Shown here: positions 1 through 10,100 of the stretch, piece after piece | Numbering within the stretch: the stretch's first letter is position 1 | Layout of the letters: every line of letters starts with the position of its first letter | DNA from: an uncultured bacterium | Lineage (GTDB): Bacteria > Bacteroidota > Ignavibacteria > Kapaibacteriales > UBA2268 | DNA: 64,000 bases | Reading direction: 5' to 3' | NCBI GenBank assembly: GCA_942490685.1 | Contig: CALNXW010000016.1 | Span: 2,341,703 to 2,405,702, forward strand | The notes under the pieces: model-generated | Databases searched by the model: none | Told to the model about the DNA's origin: nothing | Seen by the model: only the letters and a program-made list of their open reading frames with translations | Made by a program: the position numbers and the translations under genes

Positions 1-62
1 CGTAATATTCGAGATAAGATAACAGAAGAAATGACAAAGCTTTTTAAATCATAGGTGCTTAC

Positions 63-1115
63 ATGTCAATAATCAACAAAATGAGTTTTCTGGATAAATA
101 TCTTACCTTATGGATATTTCTGGCAATGGCAGCGGGAGTTTTTCTAGGTTATACTTTTCCGGGAATTTCTACTTTTTGGGATAGTTTCAGCATAGGCACA
201 ACAAATATCCCAATCGCAATTGGACTTATCTTAATGATGTATCCGCCTCTTGCGAAAGTAAAATATGAAGAGCTTGGAAAAGTATTCAGAAATGTAAAGA
301 TTCTAACACTTTCAATGGTGCAAAACTGGATAATAGGTCCGGTGCTGATGTTTCTGCTTGCTGTAATTTTTCTTCAAGACTATCCGCATTATATGGCAGG
401 TTTGATCCTAATAGGACTGTCACGCTGCATCGCCATGGTGATTGTCTGGAATGATCTGGCTAAAGGTGATACAGAATACGCTGCAGGCTTAGTAGCATTC
501 AACTCGATATTCCAGATTATATTCTTCTCTGTTTACGCTTACATATTTATAACTGTTCTTCCGGAATGGTTCGGCCTAGAATCATTTGAAGTAGATATTA
601 CAATCGGCCAAATTGCTGAAAGTGTAGCAATATATCTGGGAATTCCATTCCTTGGAGGCTTTCTGACCAGATTGATATTACGAAAAGCAAAAGACGACAG
701 ATGGTATAATCAAAAATTTATTCCTAAAATCAGTCCAATAACCTTAATAGCATTGCTATTCACAATCTTTGTAATGTTCTCACTAAAAGGAGAGTATATA
801 GTAAAATTGCCGTTTGATGTATTTCGAATTGCAGTTCCTTTGCTGATATACTTTGTTTTTATGTTCCTAGTATCATTCTTTATGGGCAAGGTACTAGGTG
901 CAGACTACAAGAAAACTGCGACACTTTCTTTCACGGCTGCAAGCAACAACTTTGAGCTTGCAATAGCAGTGGCAGTTGCGGTATTTGGAATTAATTCCGG
1001 TGAGGCTTTTGCAGCAGTTATAGGTCCATTGGTAGAAGTACCTGTACTAATCATGCTTGTTAATCTTTCAATATGGATAGGAAAGCGATATTTTGGGGTT
1101 AAAGATTTTGGGTAG
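63..1115 (+). CDS. acr3: Arsenite efflux transporter, ACR3 family (bile acid:Na+ symporter-like fold)
   Basis: The 350-aa polytopic membrane protein has sequence typical of ACR3/ArsB(Bacillus-type) arsenite carriers along its full length. Conserved stretches include [18 protein letters not shown] and [16 protein letters not shown]. No arsR or arsC is visible in the window. Confidence 0.85.
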   Translation: MSIINKMSFLDKYLTLWIFLAMAAGVFLGYTFPGISTFWDSFSIGTTNIPIAIGLILMMYPPLAKVKYEELGKVFRNVKILTLSMVQNWIIGPVLMFLLAVIFLQDYPHYMAGLILIGLSRCIAMVIVWNDLAKGDTEYAAGLVAFNSIFQIIFFSVYAYIFITVLPEWFGLESFEVDITIGQIAESVAIYLGIPFLGGFLTRLILRKAKDDRWYNQKFIPKISPITLIALLFTIFVMFSLKGEYIVKLPFDVFRIAVPLLIYFVFMFLVSFFMGKVLGADYKKTATLSFTAASNNFELAIAVAVAVFGINSGEAFAAVIGPLVEVPVLIMLVNLSIWIGKRYFGVKDFG

Positions 1116-1465
1116 CATATCTACATATTTTAAAATATAGCAATCATAAACTGCTTTAGTGAAGCAAATGGTTTAAAGACTCCTTTTTTAAAAGCGAGTC
1201 TTTTTTATTATAACTCTAAATATTTGCACTTCACTTTCAAAAAGCACCTCAAATAAAACAATTCTTATCAGATAATTCCTAATTATTTCATAAATATATT
1301 AAGTATGCACTGCATACTAAATCTTTTATTTTTTATCTTTTCAGATATATACCTATATTTGCATTCTATTAATAACAGCACATATCCTTTTTATTTATCT
1401 TCATCTATATTAAGATACAAAATTCGTTTTTATGATAAATTATCTACACTAATTGGAGTAATTCA

Positions 1466-2644
1466 GTGAAGCTTTTCCTTATACTTTTTGTTTTCATCAG
1501 TTATTATGCTTCTGCGGAGTATAAAAATGTCTACGATTTTGAGAATACAATAACCGAAATTCGACTGCACAATAATGACTTGTTAATTGCAGCCAAAGGT
1601 CCTATCATTGCTAAAATGGACAGCAATTTCAATGTAACAATACTGCGAGAAAATGATGGGACTGAAAGTCTTGCGTTTTTTAGTGAATATGATGATTCAT
1701 ATTATATATTAAAAACCAATATTGAAAAAAATACCGCACAGGTATTAAAAACTGATAATTTCTCTAACTATGAAACTCTGTATACTAATAACACACTAAA
1801 CATTTTTGACATGCATGTTGATCAAGCAGGAATTTTACTTTCTGTAGTGAATCCGGATCCTCAAAATTACTACAATGCTTTAGTGAAAGTTGAAAATAGT
1901 AATCTCAGTGTAATAAAAATTTCTAAAAATATTGCTTTTGATATCACAAGAATTTCTGATACAGAAATCATTGCTTTAGGAATTGGTGGTAGTAATTCTA
2001 TTATTTACTCAGATGATAATGGAGTTACTTTCTCAGAATTTCCAATGACTGAAAATACATTAGAAAGACTTCAAGTCTATAACAATGATATTTATGTATC
2101 ATCTCGTGATGGAAGATTGTTAAAGTCTACAAACAAAGGAATATCTTGGGAAACCATTTTTGATGATTCTAATTACAATGGCAGTGCATCAATGTATATT
2201 AAAAATTCTGATACGATTTACTTTTGTCCCTCAATTACTAATATAAAATCTGTTTTATATCGTACCAACAACGGAGGCGAATCATGGGAAGCGCTAAAGA
2301 CTTTTGATTCAGATATGATTTTCTCTGTCACTTTCGATGCAGATAAAGCTTATTTAGGAACTTTTACCGGAAAAATTATTTATAATGACAATATCACTTC
2401 TGTAAATGAATGGCAAGTTTTAGACTCAAAACCTTTACTTGTTTCTCCAAATCCGGCAAGTCACTTTTTAAATATTCCTAATAATCAGTCAATCGAATCT
2501 TATAAAATAGTAGATATACTTGGAAATGATGTAACAAGCCAAGTAAAATTAGAAGGTAAATCATTCAATATATCCACTCTCTCCTCAGGTAGATACACAC
2601 TCATACTAAATAACACAACTACAAATTTTGTTGTTAACAGATAA
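1466..2644 (+). CDS. Secreted BNR/Asp-box repeat protein with T9SS C-terminal sorting domain
   Basis: It has a GTG start followed by a signal-peptide-like N-terminus. Asp-box motifs (SxDxGxTW-like) occur at SDDNGVTFSE, TNKGISWETI and NNGGESWEAL. The C-terminal ~70 aa (SPNPASHFLNIP...GRYTLIL) matches the Por/T9SS CTD pattern. Confidence 0.6.
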   Translation: MKLFLILFVFISYYASAEYKNVYDFENTITEIRLHNNDLLIAAKGPIIAKMDSNFNVTILRENDGTESLAFFSEYDDSYYILKTNIEKNTAQVLKTDNFSNYETLYTNNTLNIFDMHVDQAGILLSVVNPDPQNYYNALVKVENSNLSVIKISKNIAFDITRISDTEIIALGIGGSNSIIYSDDNGVTFSEFPMTENTLERLQVYNNDIYVSSRDGRLLKSTNKGISWETIFDDSNYNGSASMYIKNSDTIYFCPSITNIKSVLYRTNNGGESWEALKTFDSDMIFSVTFDADKAYLGTFTGKIIYNDNITSVNEWQVLDSKPLLVSPNPASHFLNIPNNQSIESYKIVDILGNDVTSQVKLEGKSFNISTLSSGRYTLILNNTTTNFVVNR

Positions 2645-2678
2645 GATATTTGTTTAAATTATAGCCGCAAAAGAATCT

Positions 2679-3806
2679 GTGCTTCTTCTGCGGTTTGTTT
2701 TTTTATTTGTCTATTCTATTATGTATAAAACTCTAATCTATATTTTTATATTAGTTGCAACTTTCACAGCTACTCAAGCCAAAGACTCTTTATGCACCAT
2801 AGACAAACTATATTTCGGTCAAGTGCAATTTGATAATGACTCTTTGGAAAACAAGAGTTATGAGTTTTATATGCATCTGCCGGTAGGAATGGAAAGTACT
2901 TTCTATTTTAGGGAGTTAGCTGATAAAAAATACAGAAAGCTATTCCTCAATGTTGCTGACAACATAAGTACAAGTTCTTATTATAAGGATTCCATCACTA
3001 CTAGATTTCACTTCGGAGATGCAGAGATTACTCTGGATACAAATTATTCTCTTGAAATGCTATCGGCAGATATGAAAATAAGAAGAAAATTCTCCAAGGG
3101 AATAGGTTCTTATGATAGAGATGACAGCATCCGAATTATAATGATGTCTCAAGATCCTGAGGAGATTGCAGAAACTATCAAAGTGCTGGAAACAAATTAT
3201 ATAATCCCCAGACCACTTGACAGAATGAATGATTACTGGGCTACAGTAAGCGTACTTCCCGGAAGAAATGAGTTTAGTTTCCAAGGAAATTATTTTTCTT
3301 ATATGGGCAAGTTCGATTCAGAACCCTACCCCTTTTTAACATTTACTTTCCCTAATATATCAGTTGTGTATGACAAAAACGGCTTCAGAAGATATTCCTA
3401 TCAAGCAGCTGCGATTCCATTATTGGGTGGCATAGCTGCTCTAAGTCCTCTCATTGATCATGAATCTTCAGTGCTATTTTGGGCACCCGGTTTCATATTC
3501 GGCTTCTTGTCGGCAATATCAAATCCCGGTGTAGACTTCCATATTTCAGGAATAGACAATTATTTTTCGTTTTACTGCAAGTTAAACTGGGACATACTAA
3601 TAGTTGAAGTACCGGATATTAAAGATTATAAACAACCTGACAACTTCTTTGTCGAGCCAAAAATTGGCTTTAGATATTTGAATGTAAGAGGGTTTGGTTT
3701 TGAGGCATTTGCAGGTTATAGAATATGGAATTTCCCATTGACTTTAAGTCATGAACATGCATTTGCAGGAGTTGCAATAATAATTCCAATAGCAGACTTA
3801 GATTAG
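2679..3806 (+). CDS. Hypothetical secreted protein
   Basis: Long ORF with a hydrophobic N-terminus; the real start is probably at MYKTLIYIFILVATFTATQA. No recognisable motif. Confidence 0.35.
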   Translation: MLLLRFVFLFVYSIMYKTLIYIFILVATFTATQAKDSLCTIDKLYFGQVQFDNDSLENKSYEFYMHLPVGMESTFYFRELADKKYRKLFLNVADNISTSSYYKDSITTRFHFGDAEITLDTNYSLEMLSADMKIRRKFSKGIGSYDRDDSIRIIMMSQDPEEIAETIKVLETNYIIPRPLDRMNDYWATVSVLPGRNEFSFQGNYFSYMGKFDSEPYPFLTFTFPNISVVYDKNGFRRYSYQAAAIPLLGGIAALSPLIDHESSVLFWAPGFIFGFLSAISNPGVDFHISGIDNYFSFYCKLNWDILIVEVPDIKDYKQPDNFFVEPKIGFRYLNVRGFGFEAFAGYRIWNFPLTLSHEHAFAGVAIIIPIADLD

Positions 3807-3956
3807 AGAATCTTATACTTTATATCCGATATATATTTTATTCAAAGGATTGAATTTTTATCCTTCCTGTTTGATATATGACAGACAGTTGTCACACATC
3901 AATACTTAAGTTTGTATAGTTATTTGAAACACTATATATAAACTTAGAGTACAACA

Positions 3957-4532
3957 ATGAAAAATATCTATATCTATCTTTTTGATGGTTTCTCTGACTG
4001 GGAACTATCTTACTTAACTCCTGAAATAAACAAAGATGCTAATTTCAATCTCTGTTTTTTTAGTGATGATGGCCAATCAGTTAAGTCAATGGGCGGACTT
4101 CAAATTTCGCCTACACATGGTTTGGCAGAAGTTAAAACCAGTGAAGTCGAAATGCTTATCCTTCCGGGCGGAACAGCTTGGGAAAAAGGTGAAATTACTT
4201 CTATACATGATTTGGTGCATGATCTGAATCAAAATAAGAAATCAATTGCTGCCATATGCGCAGCTACCAACTATCTTGCTAATTTAGGATTTCTTGACAA
4301 AATTGAACATACTGGTAATGACTTAAATTATCTAAAAGCTGTAGCTCCGAATTACAAAGGAGAGCAATTTTATCAACAAAAGTTAGCAGTTAGCAGCAAT
4401 AATATAATTACTGCAAGCGGAATTGCTCCTATTGAGTTTGCAAAAGAAGTCTTTACAAAAATTGAATTATTCCCTGCCGAACAGATAGAAGCTTGGTATA
4501 ATCTATTTAAGCATGGAATCTGGAACGGATAA
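3957..4532 (+). CDS. DJ-1/PfpI family protein (class I glutamine amidotransferase-like fold)
   Basis: 191 aa. The N-terminus IYIYLFDGFSDWE and the nucleophile-elbow-like segment IAAICAATNYL are typical of DJ-1/PfpI. Confidence 0.55.
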   Translation: MKNIYIYLFDGFSDWELSYLTPEINKDANFNLCFFSDDGQSVKSMGGLQISPTHGLAEVKTSEVEMLILPGGTAWEKGEITSIHDLVHDLNQNKKSIAAICAATNYLANLGFLDKIEHTGNDLNYLKAVAPNYKGEQFYQQKLAVSSNNIITASGIAPIEFAKEVFTKIELFPAEQIEAWYNLFKHGIWNG

Positions 4533-4700
4533 AAAAGCAGTACTGAATTTCTCTATACAGCAGCGACATTTTATTTACTAAATGTCGCTTTTTTTGTAAC
4601 TCAATACAAATATTAACGTCTAATTTATCTTAAACAGTAAGTAATATTTTATTACTTATAAGCTTATTTATTTTGCAATATATATATATCTTTTATAACT

Positions 4701-5798
4701 TTGGCCTCCTTTAAACCAACAATCATTCTTTTTAAATTCGGCAAGGGATCTCTTATGAAACTCAAACATTTATTTACATCATTATTTGTGCTATCACTTC
4801 TATTCTCTCTGAATAGCTGTCAGGACACTCCAAACAGCCCAACTCCGAGCAGAGAAGATATTTATTGGAGCAAAGTTGAAAACAAATTTCCTAATCATTC
4901 TTGGGTTAAATCTCTATACAAGAACAATATCGATGGCAAACATCATTTAAGTTTGCTTAGAAAAGATACAAATATTGTTGATATTTATGTATCTGATGAC
5001 GGATTTGACTGGGAATTACGAGAAACTATAAAACCTGCGAAATTGAATTTTGAATTCGGATTTGCAGAAGAGTTTTCCGGCAAGTTTGACGATATCTTAA
5101 TAGGTAAGAATGATGTGATCTTTTACAAAATTAGTGGTCGACTTTTCAGATCTCTCTCAAACTTTGAAAATTTCGAAGAAATCAAATCCAATATAAATTA
5201 TAAAGACTCCCACTTAGATTATGAATTCTTTGATGATATAATATTTGATAAGGATGGAACAATTTATTCAGGAATGACTTTGAAATCAACAGATAACGGG
5301 AATACTTGGCAGGAATTAGCGAGCGGGCTTAAATATGTACACAAAGCTAACACCCTATTCAAAGACCAAAGTATTGTCGTTTTATACGATGACGGGTATT
5401 ATCTAAGCCCAGATAAGGGAATTAATTGGACTAAGATTAAGTACCCAAAAGTAAATGAAAATGCAGACTTTATAACTTATTATAAACCTGAAGATGTGTT
5501 AAATTCCAACCCTTCACCGATAGAGATTAAAAAACCTGAAAAAGGGAATATGGTATTATATTATATGACAGAAGACAGTACTCTTATTTCTAATATCTGT
5601 GGCAATAATACAGTCGGCAAAAAGGAATGGGAATACTCGACATCATTTAATTTGTATACATCATCTGATTTTGGTGAAAATTGGGATTTTCAGTTCTGTG
5701 TTCGTGATGCTTGGAAAATTAATTATATAGAAGAATCAGGATACTTCTATATAACCACTCCTGTTGGTATTCTACGAAATAAGAAACCTGTGAAATAG
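4701..5798 (+). CDS. BNR/Asp-box lipoprotein, paralog 1 of a 5-gene tandem family
   Basis: Probable start at M19 (MKLKHLFTSLFVLSLLFSLNSC, lipobox). Asp-box motifs at STDNGNTWQEL, SPDKGINWTKI and SSDFGENWDF. C-terminal GILRNKKPVK. Confidence 0.6.
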   Translation: MASFKPTIILFKFGKGSLMKLKHLFTSLFVLSLLFSLNSCQDTPNSPTPSREDIYWSKVENKFPNHSWVKSLYKNNIDGKHHLSLLRKDTNIVDIYVSDDGFDWELRETIKPAKLNFEFGFAEEFSGKFDDILIGKNDVIFYKISGRLFRSLSNFENFEEIKSNINYKDSHLDYEFFDDIIFDKDGTIYSGMTLKSTDNGNTWQELASGLKYVHKANTLFKDQSIVVLYDDGYYLSPDKGINWTKIKYPKVNENADFITYYKPEDVLNSNPSPIEIKKPEKGNMVLYYMTEDSTLISNICGNNTVGKKEWEYSTSFNLYTSSDFGENWDFQFCVRDAWKINYIEESGYFYITTPVGILRNKKPVK

Positions 5799-5809
5799 GG
5801 AATAAAAAC

Positions 5810-6868
5810 ATGAAAAAACTAAGTTTAATATTGATTTTAGCTGCTGTGATTTTGGGAGTTTATGGGTGTAGTGAAGAATCTGAATCAAGAGATATACCAG
5901 CTAATTCACATAAATTAGAAATGTTAGGTGATAAAGAGCTTACGCTCTATTCCATTTATTACAATGATTATGATAACAACTATTATTTACTTGGATATGA
6001 CAGTGCAAATTATAAATATAATGTATACAAATCCGAAAATGATGGTAAAGATTTTGACTTATGTTTAACATTAGATGCTGACATTTACGAAAATCGACTA
6101 GTTCGACCTGATATTGTGATTGGTAAAGATGGATATGTTTTCCTTTCTACCTCAGGTATTTTGTTCAGATACCCTCCTGATTTATCCGAAAAAGTAGATT
6201 TAATAGAAACCGGAAAAAGTGCCGAAGGTTTAGAATCGCCTTACTTTAATCTACGCGGAGGTCATGGCTTAATTGCGGTAGATTCTGATGGAATCTTGTA
6301 TAAAGATTTAAAATATAAATCCACTGATAATGGACTAACATGGATTTTGGCAGCTGATGACAAAGACGATAAAGAAGAAAATGAAGATGATGGTTGGGCA
6401 GCTTCTTCTCCTCAATTACTTATAAAAAACAACATTTTACTATATTATTCCAGATCAATCCAACCTTCTTTTAAAATCAGTACTGACCAGGGTTATTCAT
6501 GGAGTGAAGAATTCCAGGTTAGTTCATCAATCGATTCTTTACACTGTGCTTTTTATGATATTCACAATATTACAAATGCTAACCCTAAACCTTTCATAAT
6601 TAAAAAACATGCTAAGGGCGATACAAAAGTAATCGGGATTGATAAATATGGCAATATCTTATCTGAAAAATTAGGGAGTAATATAGATTTTGACTATAAG
6701 TTTTACGATTCTAAATATACTTATATTTACTCTTCTAGTAATATGGGTGAAACTTGGAATTATCAATTTTATCTATTTGAGTATCAAAGATTTTTCACTC
6801 CATCTGGATACATATATTTTGAGACATGGGAACAAGGTATCAAACGCAATAAAACTCCACTTAAATAA
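5810..6868 (+). CDS. BNR/Asp-box lipoprotein, paralog 2
   Basis: Signal peptide plus lipobox MKKLSLILILAAVILGVYGCS. Asp-boxes at STDNGLTW, STDQGYSW and SSNMGETW. C-terminal GIKRNKTPLK. Confidence 0.65.
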   Translation: MKKLSLILILAAVILGVYGCSEESESRDIPANSHKLEMLGDKELTLYSIYYNDYDNNYYLLGYDSANYKYNVYKSENDGKDFDLCLTLDADIYENRLVRPDIVIGKDGYVFLSTSGILFRYPPDLSEKVDLIETGKSAEGLESPYFNLRGGHGLIAVDSDGILYKDLKYKSTDNGLTWILAADDKDDKEENEDDGWAASSPQLLIKNNILLYYSRSIQPSFKISTDQGYSWSEEFQVSSSIDSLHCAFYDIHNITNANPKPFIIKKHAKGDTKVIGIDKYGNILSEKLGSNIDFDYKFYDSKYTYIYSSSNMGETWNYQFYLFEYQRFFTPSGYIYFETWEQGIKRNKTPLK

Positions 6869-6880
6869 AGGAAAATTTGA

Positions 6881-7927
6881 ATGAAAAAACTAAGTTTAAT
6901 ATTGATTTTAGCTGCTGTGATTTTGGGAGTTTATGGGTGTAGTGACGACATCGATGGAATATCTCCTGTTAAAAGCGCAAATTCTGAAAAAGTAGAACAT
7001 GTGCTTAAACACTGTGCTTCGATAAGTATTATTGATTATAATAAAATGGAAGATACTTATTATATGATTGCCTTTGAATATAATTCTATGAAACTAATTT
7101 TATATACTTCTAAAACTGGTGAAGATTGGACACTTTTAAAAGATATGAGCAAAGATTACAAATATTTTGATCTTTTTAGAGGTGGAGAGGACATACAAAG
7201 CTTGAAGATGTCACAAAAAGGAAATCTATTTATCCAATACAAAAATACATTCTTCAGTGTTATGAATGATTTTGAAATATTAAACAATTTAAATTACTTA
7301 GCAAAGTATGAATACAAAGGCAATATTATTGTAGATTTTTCTGATATCAATATAGATGATGATGGCGTTATTTATTCAGGTTGCTATCTAAAATCAACTG
7401 ATGAAGGTTTTAATTGGACATTCATTGAAACTCCTTTCGAGAATGGTGATTATTTCTATAAAACTTATATCTACGGTAATATGATCATTGCTGATTTTAA
7501 AGATTGTATATGGAAAAGTGAAGATAAAGGCGAAACTTGGATTAAAGTGCTAGATAAAAAAACATCAGAGTCACCAACTGAGTTATATTATTACAAGCTA
7601 GAAAACATCCCTACAAATAAACAAGTCGAGTATAAAATTACCAGACCTGAAGAAGGCATATTCAATATTATAAAAATGCTCGACAATGGGCTTATAATTG
7701 CAAATTGGGAAGGATACAAAGAAAATGACTACTTCCCTGGTTATGCTAGTAATTGCAATATACACACTTCTACAGATAATGGCGAAACATGGAATTACGA
7801 ATTGAGCTTTATGGATACTTACACAAGTAGTTATAGTGGATCACCCGCAATTTATTATACAAAATCAGGTTACATTTATGCCAAAACAGGTGATGGTATA
7901 GTGCGCAATATAAAACCTATAAAATAG
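6881..7927 (+). CDS. BNR/Asp-box lipoprotein, paralog 3
   Basis: Its 5' 60 nt (signal peptide) are identical to paralog 2. Asp-boxes at STDEGFNW, SEDKGETW and STDNGETW. Confidence 0.65.
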   Translation: MKKLSLILILAAVILGVYGCSDDIDGISPVKSANSEKVEHVLKHCASISIIDYNKMEDTYYMIAFEYNSMKLILYTSKTGEDWTLLKDMSKDYKYFDLFRGGEDIQSLKMSQKGNLFIQYKNTFFSVMNDFEILNNLNYLAKYEYKGNIIVDFSDINIDDDGVIYSGCYLKSTDEGFNWTFIETPFENGDYFYKTYIYGNMIIADFKDCIWKSEDKGETWIKVLDKKTSESPTELYYYKLENIPTNKQVEYKITRPEEGIFNIIKMLDNGLIIANWEGYKENDYFPGYASNCNIHTSTDNGETWNYELSFMDTYTSSYSGSPAIYYTKSGYIYAKTGDGIVRNIKPIK

Positions 7928-7938
7928 AGAGAATCAAA

Positions 7939-8973
7939 ATGAAAAAACTCATTTTATTATTTATTATTTCAGTAGTTATGTTAGGTATTTCTGCATGCGA
8001 AGATGACTCTGTCCAACCGGATACATTTTCCAGTGCAGATAAATTAGAAATTGCATTTGAAGGCTATGACTTCATTTTAGATATATTCCAGAATAATTAC
8101 GATGACAATTACTACGCAATTTTGGTAAACAGAGATACTGTGCAATACAACATCTTTAAATCTACTGATCTTGGTGCAACATGGCAATTAGAGGATGTAT
8201 TTACAAAGTCAATGATTTCTCCTACATTGGATAAATTTTATGATACACCAACCATTATATACGGAAAAGATGATTATACTTTCTTTTATTTGCACAACAA
8301 AATATTCAGGAAAGCAAAAAATCAATCAAAATTTGATCTTTTAAACATTAAGATAGATACAGAAGATAGGACTTATTATGATCAATTTGGTTATCAGTTT
8401 AACTTTGTTGATAAAGATGGGATTCTATTTGCTTCAGATTTTGTTAAGTCTTCAGATAATGGGGAAACTTGGACAGATATCAACAAACCATATAACACAT
8501 CAGTATATTCAACAGCAATTGACAATTATATAGTTGTAAAAGCCGATAATTCTGAACCTGAATATCAATATTATGTCAGTGCTGATAAGGGAGAATCATG
8601 GACAGAATCAACTTTTGATTACTCTAGAAATGATAATAACTCTGAATACCTTAGGTTTTACAATGATGAATACATCGCATATAATTTAGAACCAAAGCAG
8701 ATTAAAAAGCCTAGCAAGGAAGAATTATATATATACGATATAACTAAGAACAATACTGTAATAGCTTACGAAACAGGATATTTTGATCATGACAAAGACA
8801 ATTTCGGTGATTTCAGCATCTATACGTCAAAAGATGACGGAGAAAACTGGAAATTCCATTTCTCTTTTGACAGTCGTACCGGAAGTTTTTACACTAAATC
8901 AGGCTACATCTATTTTAACTCAACAAGTTACAATTATCATGGTATCAAACGCAACAAAACTCCACTTAAATAA
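7939..8973 (+). CDS. BNR/Asp-box lipoprotein, paralog 4
   Basis: Lipobox GISAC. Asp-boxes at STDLGATW, SSDNGETW, SADKGESW and SKDDGENW. Highly similar to paralog 5. Confidence 0.65.
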   Translation: MKKLILLFIISVVMLGISACEDDSVQPDTFSSADKLEIAFEGYDFILDIFQNNYDDNYYAILVNRDTVQYNIFKSTDLGATWQLEDVFTKSMISPTLDKFYDTPTIIYGKDDYTFFYLHNKIFRKAKNQSKFDLLNIKIDTEDRTYYDQFGYQFNFVDKDGILFASDFVKSSDNGETWTDINKPYNTSVYSTAIDNYIVVKADNSEPEYQYYVSADKGESWTESTFDYSRNDNNSEYLRFYNDEYIAYNLEPKQIKKPSKEELYIYDITKNNTVIAYETGYFDHDKDNFGDFSIYTSKDDGENWKFHFSFDSRTGSFYTKSGYIYFNSTSYNYHGIKRNKTPLK

Positions 8974-8985
8974 AGGAAAATTTGA

Positions 8986-10020
8986 ATGAAAAAACTAAGT
9001 TTAATATTGATTTTAGCTGCTGTTATTTTGGGAGTTTATGGGTGCGACGAAGAGCCAAGTAGACCAAGCATATATTCCAGTGCAGATAAGATAGAAACTG
9101 CATTTGCAGGGTATGACTACATTGCAGATATTTTTCAAAATAACTACGATGATAATTATTATGCTATTTTGCTAAATCATGGCACAAAGCAATACGACAT
9201 TTTTAAATCCACAGATCTTGGTGCTACCTGGAAATTAGAAGATATATTCACGATGGATATGTTTGATTCAACGATGAATGCGTTTTATGATGCTCCCACC
9301 ATTATTTACGGGAAGGATGACTATGTTAATTTTTTTTCAGCACCTAATATTTATAGAAAACACAAAAGCGACTCAAAATTTAAAACTTTAAAAACTAAAA
9401 TAGTATCGGAAGACAGCACTTATTATTCGCAAATTGGATCTCAGTATAAATATATTGATAAAGACGGTGTCCTTTACGCTTCAGCTTACGCTAAGTCCTC
9501 AGACAATGGAGAGACCTGGATTAAGATTAAAAGACCATTTGATCATACATCTTTTTCAACAGCAATTGATAATTATATTATTATAGATGCAGAAATATCA
9601 ATCTCTGAATATAAATATTTTACAAGTTCTGATAAAGGTAAGTCATGGACAGGATCTACTTTTGATTATTCTCCGAATGAGAAGAACTCCAAATATTATA
9701 AATTTTACAATAACGAATATATTGCTTATAATAAAGAACCACGTCTGATTAAAAAACTGGAAATGGGCGACTTATATATTTACGATATAAACAGTAACAA
9801 CACTGTTATAGCGTCCAGATCAGGTTATTTTGAACACGAAGAAGACAATCATGGTTTATTCAGCATCTATACGTCCAAAGATGACGGAGAAAACTGGAAA
9901 TTCCATTTCTCTTTTGACAGTCGTACCGGAAGTTTTTACACAAAATCAGGTTACATTTATTTCAACTCTACAATGCGAGACTATCGTGGTATCAAACGCA
10001 ACAAAACTCCAATTAAATAA
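8986..10020 (+). CDS. BNR/Asp-box lipoprotein, paralog 5
   Basis: Same conserved signal peptide as paralogs 2 and 3. Its C-terminal 40 aa are nearly identical to paralog 4. Confidence 0.65.
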   Translation: MKKLSLILILAAVILGVYGCDEEPSRPSIYSSADKIETAFAGYDYIADIFQNNYDDNYYAILLNHGTKQYDIFKSTDLGATWKLEDIFTMDMFDSTMNAFYDAPTIIYGKDDYVNFFSAPNIYRKHKSDSKFKTLKTKIVSEDSTYYSQIGSQYKYIDKDGVLYASAYAKSSDNGETWIKIKRPFDHTSFSTAIDNYIIIDAEISISEYKYFTSSDKGKSWTGSTFDYSPNEKNSKYYKFYNNEYIAYNKEPRLIKKLEMGDLYIYDINSNNTVIASRSGYFEHEEDNHGLFSIYTSKDDGENWKFHFSFDSRTGSFYTKSGYIYFNSTMRDYRGIKRNKTPIK

Positions 10021-10100
10021 AATGTTTAATATCAAACCAAACAGCAGCAGAATCACTTAAATCCTGCTGCTGTTTTATTATAAAATAAATTATCATATTC

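Noticed and set aside
3060-3284. Numerous 60-110 aa ORFs antisense to or nested in long genes (e.g. 3060-3284, 10135-11460 set, 48136-49338 set, 54340-55038 set, 63533-63972)
   Set aside because: They lie wholly inside or overlap well-supported longer CDSs on the opposite strand or another frame, and have low-complexity composition. They are treated as six-frame artefacts.
6690-8989. ORFs 6690-6884 and 8783-8989 spanning paralog junctions
   Set aside because: Alternative-frame readings of the conserved junction sequence, fully overlapped by the lipoprotein genes.
4701-10020. Calling the BNR lipoproteins sialidases
   Set aside because: Asp-box repeats occur in many non-sialidase beta-propellers. 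No sialidase catalytic residues (Arg triad, FRIP motif) are evident.
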